A stretch of DNA of 64,000 nt from Macrostomum hystrix. Lineage: Eukaryota; Animalia; Platyhelminthes. This document shows, piece by piece, positions 49,456-60,900 of the stretch. The notes under the pieces were generated by a model. It was not told where the DNA came from, made no database searches, and worked only from the letters and a program-made list of their open reading frames with translations. Each line of letters starts with the position of its first letter. Within the stretch, counting starts at the first letter, position 1. Where the stretch lies: NCBI GenBank assembly GCA_950097015.1, contig CATNEN010000038.1:11222001-11286000 (forward strand), in the 5' to 3' direction. The translations under genes and the position numbers were made by a program.

Positions 49456-50074
49456 TTATCTAGTGAGACCCGCCCCACTCCAGTCTTATTTATTGACACC
49501 CACCTCAGAAATAAGCTCCAATTTTCTACCACGCACAAAAAAGGCTTTTCAAATCCTGATCTACAGGTCCAGAGCAGATCTCATTGGTCCGCAGTTCCGT
49601 CAGCCAATCAAATAATACCGGATGGCAGTGGCTTCACTAGTAAAATTGCAATGGACCTCCGTTAGTCAGTCGGACCTCACAAGCTCAAAGCTCAAATTCA
49701 GATCTAAGATTGCCGGGTGCTCGAGCTCAAAGTTGAGATCGAGATTTTCATCATTCTTTGCCCGCCATAACTCCCTCGATTTGTGTCTCTTCCACTCAAT
49801 CTTCTTCCGTCTCAAATCCGCCCTCGAGTGGAATTGCTCGAGTCGCTAGAAACCCAATTATATAATTTTCTTCTAAAGGGCTTAGCGTCATTCCGATTGG
49901 GATTCTTCGAAACGCAGATCGCCCAGACGATTTCCCGATTGAAGAAGCCGAGCTGCTGCAGCTGCGCCTTCGAGTTGGGAAACCGGCGCGGCGGCGGGTG
50001 AGTGCCGGCATGTTATGCAAATGGATCTATTGATATCTTCGCATTTTGCCTCTTACCTCCTTCCGATTCTTTGC

Positions 50075-51000
50075 CTCTCCAAAATCCCAATCTTCCCCTC
50101 TCTCAAATCCCATAATTTCCCACTCCAAAATCCCATTTTCTCCTCCGCCACATTCCATAGTTCCGCTCTCAAAAAAGCCAATCTTCACTTCTTCCAAATG
50201 AATATCTTCCCCACTCCCAAATCCCAAAATTTTCTTCTCCAAAATATTTTTCTTCCTTTCTCCCTAATCCCCTTCTTCCCCTTTCTCAAATCCCATTCCT
50301 TCCCTCTCTAAAAATCCCAATCTTCTGCTCTCACAAATTTCACAATTTCCTTCTCCCAAATCCCCTTCTTCCCTTCTCCAAAATCCAAATTTCCCCTCTC
50401 CCGAATCCCAATTCCCAAATTCGATAATTTACATCTCCAAAATCCTTTTCTTCCCCTCTCCCAAATCCCCTTCTTCCCCTCTCCCAAATCCTCTTCCCCT
50501 CTCCTAAATCCCCTTCTTCCCCTCTCCCAAATCCCCTTCTTCCCCTCTCTCAAATCCCCTTCTTCCCATCTCCCAAATCCCCTTCTTCCCATCTCCCAAA
50601 TCCCCTTCTTCCCCTCTCCCAAATCCCCTTCTTCCCGTCTCCCAAATCTCCTTCTTCCCCTCTCCCAAATCCCCTTCTTCCCCTCTCCCAAATCTCCTTC
50701 TTCCCCTCTCCCAAATCCCCTTCTTCCCGTCTCCCAAGTCGCCTTCTTCCCGTCTCCCAAATCGCCTTCTTCCCCTCTCCCAAATCTCCTTCTTCCCCTC
50801 TCCCAAATCCCCTTCTTCCCGTCTCCCAAATCGCCTTCTTCCCCTCTCCCAAATCCCCTTCTCCCCCTTCCCCTCTCCAATATCCTAAGTTTCCTTTATC
50901 CTAAATTGCAATTTCCCCTCTCCTAAATCCCATGCTCCCACTCTCAGATCCCAATCAGACCCCTTCGAAATTCCAATATTCCTTTCTCCCAAATCTCCCA
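50075..51000. repeat. 23-bp pyrimidine-rich minisatellite (ctcccaaatccccttcttcccct) with degenerate flanks
   Basis: Core array about 50440-50880. Confidence 0.9.
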
Positions 51001-51047
51001 TTCTATGAAAATCTGGCAGATTTTCTGTCGGACTGAAAACACGAAGT

Positions 51048-51050
<3 letters not shown>

Positions 51051-51104
<54 letters not shown>
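51051..51104. repeat. (AGC)18 trinucleotide microsatellite
   Basis: Perfect triplet run. Confidence 0.95.
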
Positions 51105-51106
<2 letters not shown>

Positions 51107-51629
51107 GTGGCAATGCTTGAAGTCGGCCAGTGAAGCTGGTGTTCGATTTCAGGACCGCTGGCTCATTGAAAGGCCGGGCTCAGCGGGTGGTGGGGGAAGC
51201 GAGCCGACGGAGCTGCTGACACAGCAAATATTAGGCGGATTCCACAAGTCCATAACTAGATAGGAATAAAGATATTGCTGCTGTTAAAGCCTAACACAGG
51301 CCATATAGCAGCAGTGTTTATAACAGGGAAACTGCGAACCGTATTTTGTTATTCTGAACTTAAAAGATCGCTAGCAGGGGGTGAAGCGGACTGTTTTATG
51401 TACTGGATACGCATTGCTGAGGCCTGACAACGAGCTCGAGATTACAACGATGACTGCCAATTTAGTTACTGCCGAGTGGCATAATTTCATTTGGCTGTCT
51501 CATGCCTTGTCAGGCCTTCATTATCCTGCAAGACCATCAACAGCTCAAGTGACTGTTTAGTGCAGACTTTCCCCAGAGACCGATGCTGCTGCTGCTGCTG
51601 CTATTCTAGAAAGGAATAACAGGATATTA

Positions 51630-52215
51630 ATTCTAGGATAGGGATTCTAGGAATGGAAGTGGACTCTAGGAATGGAAGGGGATTCTAGGAATGAAAGGGG
51701 ATTGTAGGAATGAAAGGGGATTCTAGGAATGAAAGGGGATTCTAGGAATGAAAGGGGATTCTAGGGAATGAAAGGGGATTCTAGAAATAAAAGGGGATTC
51801 TAGGAATTAAAGGGGATTCTAGGAATTAAAGGGGGATTATAGGAATGTAAGGGGATTAAAAGAATGAAAGGGGATTCTAGAAATGAACGGGGATTCTAGA
51901 AATGAAAGGGGATTCTAGGATTTAAAGGGGATTCTAGGGAATGAAATGGGATTCTAGGGAATGAAAGGGGATTCTAGGAATGAAAGGGGATTCTAGGAAT
52001 GAAAGGGGATTCTTGGAATGTAAGGGGATTCTAGGAATGAAAGGGGATTCTAGGAATTAAAGGAGATTCTAGGAATGAAAGGGGATTCTTGGAATGAAAG
52101 GGGATTCTAGGAATGAAAGGGGATTCTTGGAATGTAAGGGGATTCTAGGAATGAAAGGGGATTCTAGGAATTAAAGGAGATTCTAGCAATGAAAGGGGAT
52201 TCTAGCAATGACATA
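51630..52215. repeat. 19-bp minisatellite (attctaggaatgaaagggg)
   Basis: Tandem units. Confidence 0.95.
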
Positions 52216-53162
52216 GGGTTCTTGCAACGGAGGGGTTTTTAAGAGTGGTGTAGATTATTGGAATAGCATGGGATTTTACGATTGAAGGGATTCAAGGATT
52301 CAAAGGGGATTCTCGTAGGGTGGGATTTCAGAAGTTAATTTTCGGATGGATTCTAAGATGGGATTGAAGAAATGGTGCTTGTTTCTTTTAAAAGGCTAAC
52401 ATATTCTCAAAAGCAAGTTGCTCTAGAACTGGCATTGTAAAATATTTATACGAGTTTTCTTCTTTTTTGGCTTAGCCAAGGACTGTAGAAGGGATAAAAT
52501 CCCATTTTGACTGGCGTGAAGTCGTCTTTCGCGTGCTCTCAAAGCCCGCCTTTCAAAATCGCCTTGCTCAAACAGTTCGCCACTGCTTAGAGCAGGTCTT
52601 TGGCTTCTCTGCTGATTGCTGGGCCAAAAGCAGAAGACAATGACATTGCTGTGTGTGTGTCACAATGCCCTGGATTATCCTCAACTCGTTACTCCGCTGT
52701 AAGCCCCCCTTAACGCCCAAATCTACTCGTGAGTTTGTGAGTCGAGTCAGTTGTCCGTTGAGCACTATAGCATGATATTGTGACGGCAGCTGCTTGAACA
52801 TTTGAGTTCACTCTGCAGTTGACTCAGTCGACAACTCAAGCCAGCTATGGGAAGGATTGGGAGAAATGGGAATGGACTGGCGTGAGCAGAATTAGTGAAG
52901 ATCGCACCAGCTGCACGGCCCGAACTGAGCAGGTGGTTCATTCGTTGAGTAGTCAATTCGGTAGAGTGCCGATTCGGACACCACCCCCAACCAAAACTCC
53001 AAAGCTGATCCACCCACCCCCCGCCAAGTCCAGCCAAGGCTGGAGCCAGTGGGCAACGAGTTTCATCTCAAATTCTTAACCCCTTCAGCCACGTTTCCAA
53101 TATATACGGACTTCTTCTAAAAGCGGAAATAAGATTTATAAGAGTTTATATGACCCCTGAAT

Positions 53163-55393
53163 GAACTGACTGCATTCTCACAATGAGAACTGACTGCATT
53201 CTCACAATGAGAACTGACTGCATTCTCACAGTGAGAACTGACTGCATTCTCACAGTGAGAACTGACTGCATTCTCACAGTGAGAACTGACTGCATTCTCA
53301 CAGTGAGAACTGACTGCATTCTCACAATGAGAACTGACTGCATTCTCACAATGAGAACTGACTGCATTCTCACAATGAGAACTGACTGCATTCTCACAAT
53401 GAGAACTGACTGCATTCTCACAATGAGAACTGACCGTATTCTCACAGTGAGAACTGACTGCATTCTCACAATGAGAACTGACTGCATTCTCACAATGAGA
53501 ACTGACTGCATTCTCACAATGAGAACTGACTGCATTCTCACAATGAGAACTGACTGCATTCTCACAATGAGAACTGATTGCATTCTCACAATGAGAACTG
53601 ACTGCATTCTCACAGTGAGAACTGACTGCATTCTCACAGTGAGAACTGACTGCATTCTCACAGTGAGAACTGACTGCATTCTCACAATGAGAACTGACTG
53701 CATTCTCACAATGAGAACTGACTGCATTCTCACAATGAGAACTGACTGCATTCTCACAATGAGAACTGACTGCATTCTCACAATGAGAACTGACCGTATT
53801 CTCACAGTGAGAACTGACTGCATTCTCACAATGAGAACTGACTGCATTCTCACAATGAGAACTGACTGCATTCTCACAATGAGAACTGACTGCATTCTCA
53901 CAATGAGAACTGACTGCATTCTCACAATGAGAACTGATTGCATTCTCACAATGAGAACTGACTGCATTCTCACAATGAGAACTGACTGCATTCTCACAAT
54001 GAGAACTGACTGCATTCTCACAATGAGAACTGACTGCATTCTCACAATGAGAACTGACTGCATTCTCACAATGAGAACTGACAGCATTCTCACAGTGAGA
54101 ACTGACTGCATTCTCACAATGAGAACTGACTGCATTCTCACAATGAGAACTGACTGCATTCTCACAATGAGAACTGACTGCATTCTCACAATGAGAACTG
54201 ACTGCATTCTCACAATGAGAACTGACTGCATTCTCACAATGAGAACTGACTGCATTCTCACAATGAGAACTGACTGCATTCTCACAGTGAGAACTGTCTG
54301 CATTCTCACAATGAGAACTGACTGCATTCTCACAGTGAGAACTGACTGCATTCTCACAATGAGAACTGACTGCATTCTCACAGTGAGAACTGACTGCATT
54401 CTCACAATGAGAACTGACTGCATTCTCACAATGAGAACTGACTGCATTCTCACAGTGAGAACTGACTGCATTCTCACAGTGAGAACTGACTGCATTCTCA
54501 CAATGAGAACTGACTGCATTCTCACAGTGAGAACTGACTGCATTCTCACAATGAGAACTGACTGCATTCTCACAGTGAGAACTGACTGCATTCTCACAAT
54601 GAGAACTGACTGCATTCTCACAATGAGAACTGACTGCATTCTCACAGTGAGAACTGACTGCATTCTCACAGTGAGAACTGACTGCATTCTCACAATGAGA
54701 ACTGACTGCATTCTCACAATGAGAACTGACTGCATTCTCACAATGAGAACTGACTGCATTCTCACAATGAGAACTGACTGCATTCTCACAGTGAGAACTG
54801 TCTGCATTCTCACAATGAGAACTGACTGCATTCTCACAGTGAGAACTGACTGCATTCTCACAATGAGAACTGACTGCATTCTCACAGTGAGAACTGACTG
54901 CATTCTCACAGTGAGAACTGACTGCATTCTCACAATGAGAACTGACTGCATTCTCACAATGAGAACTGACTGCATTCTCACAATGAGAACTGACTGCATT
55001 CTCACAATGAGAACTGACTGCATTCTCACAATGAGAACTGACTGCATTCTCACAATGAGAACTGACTGCATTCTCACAATGAGAACTGACTGCATTCTCA
55101 CAATGAGAACTGACTGCATTCTCACAATGAGAACTGACTGCATTCTCACAATGAGAACTGACTGCATTCTCACAATGAGAACTGACTGCATTCTCACAAT
55201 GAGAACTGACTGCATTCTCACAATGAGAACTGACCGTATTCTCACAGTGAGAACTGACTGCATTCTCACAATGAGAACTGACTGCATTCTCACAGTGAGA
55301 ACTGACCGTATTCTCACAATGAGAACTGACTGCATTCTCACAATGAGAACTGACTGCATTCTCACAGTGAGAACTGACTGCATTCTCACAATG
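53163..55393. repeat. 24-bp self-complementary minisatellite (tgagaactgactgcattctcacaR)
   Basis: About 93 highly homogeneous units. Confidence 0.98.
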
Positions 55394-55914
55394 TGAAATG
55401 TACAATATAGGCCCTCAAATCAGCTGGCACATGGGTCGGGTAGAAAGCTGGCAAAGGCACACACGCTGGCATTTTCCGCATGAAAAATGTGCAAGTGGAT
55501 GTTAGGGTGGTCAGGCAAATAAATTCTCTTGGTTAACACCGAGGCATTAGGGATCTGTGGGGAAGAGATTTGGGATTTAGGAACACGCAGGTGTACTAAA
55601 TCACTGGCCTGCAACGATAATTAGCGCATAGGTGAGCCGAAGGAGCATTTGCTTTTTTGCTAAATCTTCTTCTGTGAAGTATCCACGGTTCCGCGGCTAA
55701 AATTGTTTTCCACATCCGGTTGCAAAATTTAATTTCATTTCCAGTTGAAGCGATTGAAATTTTAGCATCTCGCTTGACTCCATTCCTATTCTGGATTAGA
55801 GTGGGAATCAGGAACTAGAATTAGCCGGGATGCAGTGGGAAACAGGACACCCGTGGTAAATGTTGGTTGCAAAATTAGCACTAGCTGGTCTTGCAAATAA
55901 TGAAGAATTGTTAT

Positions 55915-57892
55915 AAAAGATTCTCACCTGCTATGAATGATTCTCACCTGTTATAGAGGATTCTCACGTGTTATGAATGATTCTCACCTGCTATGAATGA
56001 TTCTCACCCGTTATGAATGATTCTCACCTGTTATGAATGATTCTCACCTGTTATGAATGATTCTCACCTGTTATGAATGATTCTCACCTGTTATGAATGA
56101 TTCTCACCTGTTATGAATGATTCTCACCTGTTATGAATGATTCTCACCTGCTATGAATGATTCTCACCTGTTATGAATGATTCTCACCTGTTATGAATGA
56201 TTCTCACCTGTTATGAATGATTCTCACCTGCTATGAATGATTCTCACCTGTTATGAATGATTCTCACCTGTTATGAATGATTCTCACCAGTTATGAATGA
56301 TTCTCACCTGTTATGAATGCTTCTCACCTGTTATGAAGGATTCTCACCAGTTATGAATGATTCTCACCTGTTATGAATGATTCTCACCAGTTATGAATGA
56401 TTCTCACCTGTTATGAATGATTCTCACCAGTTATGAATGATTCTCACCTGTTATGAATGCTTCTCACCTGTTATGAAGGATTCTCACCAGTTATGAATGA
56501 TTCTCACCTGTTATGAATGATTCTCACCTGCTATGAATGATTCTCACCTGTTATGAATGATTCTCACCTGTTATGAATGATTCTCACCTGTTATGAATGA
56601 TTCTCACCTGTTATGAATGATTATCACCTGTTATGAATGATTATCACCTGTTATGAATGATTCTCACCTGTTATGAATGATTCTCACCTGTTATGAATGA
56701 TTATCACCTGTTATGAATGATTCTCACCTGTTATGAATGATTCTCACCTGTTATGAATGATTCTCACCTGTTATGAATGATTATCACCTGCTATGAATGA
56801 TTCTCACCTGTTATGAATGATTATCACCTGTTATGAATGATTATCACCTGTTATGAATGATTCTCACCTGTTATGAATGATTCTCACCTGCTATGAATGA
56901 TTCTCACCTGTTATGAATGATTCTCACCTGTTATGAATGATTCTCACCTGTTATGAATGATTCTCACCTGTTATGAATGATTATCACCTGTTATGAATGA
57001 TTATCACCTGTTATGAATGATTCTCACCTGCTATGAATGATTCTCACCTGTTATGAATGATTCTCACCTGTTATGAATGATTATCACCTGCTATGAATGA
57101 TTCTCACCTGTTATGAATGATTCTCACCTGTTATGAATGATTATCACCTGTTATGAATGATTCTCACCTGTTATGAATGATTCTCACCTGTTATGAATGA
57201 TTATCACCTGTTATGAATGATTCTCACCTGCTATGAATGATTCTCACCTGCTATGAATGATTCTCACCTGCTATGAATTATTCTCACCTGCTATGAATGA
57301 TTATCACCTGTTATGAATGATTCTCACCTGTTATGAATTATTCTCACCTGTTATGAATGATTATCACCTGTTATGAATGATTCTCACCTGCTATGAATTA
57401 TTCTCACCTGTTATGAATGATTATCACCTGTTATGAATGATTCTCACCTGTTATGAATTATTCTCACCTGTTATGAATGATTATCACCTGTTATGAATGA
57501 TTCTCACCTGCTATGAATTATTCTCACCTGTTATGAATTATTCTCACCTGCTATGAATGATTATCACCTGTTATGAATGATTCTCACCTGCTATGAATTA
57601 TTCTCACCTGTTATGAATTATTCTCACCTGTTATGAATTATTCTCACCAGTTATGAATGATTCTTACCTGTTATGAATAATTCTCACCTGTTATGAAGGA
57701 TTCTCACCTGTTATGAATGATTCTCACCTGCTATGAATTATTCTCACCTGTTATGAAGGAATCTCACCTGTTATGAAGGAATCTCACCTGTTATGAAGGA
57801 ATCTCACCTGTTATGAAGGAATCTCACCTGTTATGAATTATTCTCACCTGTTATGAAGGAATCTCACCTGTTATGAAGGAATCTCACCTGTT
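55915..57892. repeat. 20-bp minisatellite (ttctcacctgttatgaatga)
   Basis: About 99 units ending about 90 bp before the NMDAR acceptor. Confidence 0.98.
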
Positions 57893-57989
57893 CTGTGAAT
57901 GTTTTGAAGGACTCGCATAGTTTTTTAAAATAATTTTGTAAGATAAAAGACTGTTTAGGTTTTAAATTTCTCCCCTTTCAGCAAAAGAA

Positions 57990-60900
57990 ATGGTTTGGCC
58001 GATGTTGCTGCTGCTGCTGCTGTTAATGTTCTCGTCACATCGCGCGTATCAGTCGCAATTGTCTGGAGGTCATCGAAAAAAGATCTCCATAAGTCACATT
58101 CATCTCGGCGAGAGAAGCAACGATTTTTATCCACGGGTTAACGAGATTAACATTGCACTGGCCAATATTCAAAGAAGAGACAGGGAGGCCCAATTTGAGC
58201 TGCAGGTTCAGGATACCATAGTTAACATAAAAAACAACAAGCTGGTGCCACCGAAAACAATTGAAAATTGGATGTGCCAGAGTATCAAATATGACGTTGG
58301 AAAATTCGGCAACGCGGTGCTGCTATCCTCCACTGATCCTCTCCCTGTTGGTGCCAAGGACCTGCTGACTACCGTCAACTTCTTCCTGCATGTCGCCAAA
58401 ATGTTGGGCATTCCAACTTTTACCTACATTGCCGGTGCGGCGGGACAGCTGGATGTGAGCAATTTCCTACATTTTCCTCATGCTGCGAGCTGGAGTGTGC
58501 TCAGTTGAGTATCGGATGAGGCACAGGTGATGCTTTGAGCTGGAGTGTGCTCAGTTGAGTATAGGATGAGGCACAGGTGATGCTGTGAGCTGGAGTGTGC
58601 TCAGTTGAGTATACGATGAGGCACAGATGATGCTGTGAGCTGGAGTGTGCTCAGTTGAGTATCGGATGAGGCACAGGTGATGCTGTGAGCTGGAGTGTGC
58701 TCAGTTGAGTATCGGATGAGGCACAGGTGATGCTGTGAGCTGGAGTGTGCTCAGTTGAGTATAGGATGAGGCACAGATGATGCTGTGAGCTGGAGTGTGC
58801 TCAGTTGAGTATAGGATGAGGCACAGGTGATGCTGCGAGCTGGAGTGTGCTCAGTTGAGTATAGGATGAGGCACAGGTGATGCTGCGAGCTGGAGTGTGC
58901 TCAGTTGAGTATCGGATGAGGCACAGGTGATGCTGTGAGCTGGAGTGTGCTCAGTTGAGTATCGGATGAGGCACAGGTAATGCTGCGAGCTGGAGTGTGC
59001 TCAGTTGAGTATCGGATGAGGCACAGGTAATGCTGCGAGCTGGAGTGTGCTCAGTTGAGTATCGGATGAGGCACAGGTGATGCTGTGAGCTGGAGTGTGC
59101 TCAGTTGAGTATCGGATGAGGCACAGGTAATGCTGCGAGCTGGAGTGTGCTCAGTTGAGTATCGGATGAGGCACTTGTGTTTCTGATGCAAGTAACTTGC
59201 CAACAATTCGTATTTCAGTCAATCATCGGTGCACACCTGATGGTACTGTCTAACAAAACATGAATCATATTTATTAAATTTCCTAACCTAATTATTTAAT
59301 ATCGGAACAAATTGGTTCTCTTTGAAAAGAAATTCGATCAATGCATGCTGCATGTCTTAGTCCCGATGATATTTTTTGACCCACGTGATAAAATATAGTA
59401 AAATCCTTATATTTCAGATTATGTGATTAGTAGAGATTTAAGATTATAAACAGATTTTCTAAAATATCTTATTAGAAATTTGAGACTGTTTAATTACGCG
59501 AAAATGCCACTGAAATTATTTAGAATCGGCATGAATTACTAACATACAATTTTAGGTGTGCTTCTTGAAGCAGAATGTTTGCATTTACGCTTAACAAACT
59601 GTGTCTAGAATTAAAGTAATATTGACTTTAGATTTTCTCCAATCACTTAACACTTTTTAAACTTTAGATGTGCACTTTTAACTTTAGGTGTGGTTTTATT
59701 AGGCATTTTGCACTCACTGAGTAATAAGGAGAGACTGGCTGTAGCTAATACTAAAGAAGAGAGGTGAATTAAAGAGATTAAATGACATAGATAGTGTAAG
59801 AGTGAGGTGGGTTTATGAGTGAGGTGGATGTCGGAGTGAGCTGGGTGTAGGAGTGAGCTGGGTGTAGGAGTGAGGTGGTTGTAGGAGTGAGGTGGTTGTA
59901 GGCGTGAGGTGGTTGTAGGTGTGAGCTGGATGTAGGAGTGAGGTGGTTGTAGGAGTGAGGTGGTTGTAGGCGTGAGGTGGGTGTAGGAGTGAGCTGGGTG
60001 TAGGAGTGAGGTTGGTGTAGGAGGAAGGCGGGGTGAGTGATGTGGGTGGCTGAGAGGTGCATGTTAAAGCCCGCAAACATAATGAATGAATGCAAAGAAA
60101 CATTTTGTACTGCAAGTAAAACTTTTCCAAAATTCAGTCAGAGAAGGACAGCATAATCTTCCGTCTGGAGCCAACCACGTGGCACTTTGCCCAGGCGTTC
60201 GCGGACTTTCTCGAGGAGTTTCGCTGGGAGAAGGCGACGCTGGTGGTGTCGGAGAACCTGCCCGGGCACAGCAGCATGATTCAGCACATGAAGGAAGCCG
60301 CCGAGGCTACTCAGAGGCTAACAGATTCCAACGCATTTAAGTGAGTAGCTTTGCCTGCGTGGCATCACCCTTTATTTATTTAGCACGAGTGGTAAGCGTG
60401 GAGCTGAATTAAAGGGCTGATGTTAAGTGTGAGTTTTGAATTTGGAGCAAAAAGGGATGACGTCTCCAATCTGAAGACAAGTTTCTGAATAAACACCTGG
60501 ATTAAACTTCCTGAAGTAAACACCTCAAAACGGTAGGGTTGCTGCCACCTTGGTCAGAAGGGTCGATTTTCTCGTAAGACTTTTCTGGCATTAGACAAAT
60601 TAGAAAATAATTAACACCTGAAAGTCGAGACTCGGAGAAAATTGTCTGTGGACAAGTTCCACACAAAAGACAATGCTGATTGAACGGTGCTGACTGAAGT
60701 AATATTAATAATTTGAAAGAAAATTCAATCCAAGAGAGTCCTTCCCTAATTCCTAAGTCCGGAGGAAACTATTTTCCAAGAGAGTCCTAGTAAACTTATC
60801 CAAGTTCTAGAGCCTGACGCTATTTTGAGAGTTTGTCCAAACTCAGCGATTGCGCGTCCGTGGCGCTGGCAGGTCTTAGTTTTGCGTTCTCGGGTGTCTC

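Noticed and set aside
48151-49615. Mucin-like METPTSLQTS ORF (481 aa)
   Set aside because: 30-bp minisatellite open in multiple frames, with no signal peptide or convincing flanking exons; cannot be fully excluded without RNA data.
53117-55405. 737-762 aa ORFs (SSHCENAV etc.)
   Set aside because: Stop-free 24-bp unit read in three frames; variants show no codon-position pattern.
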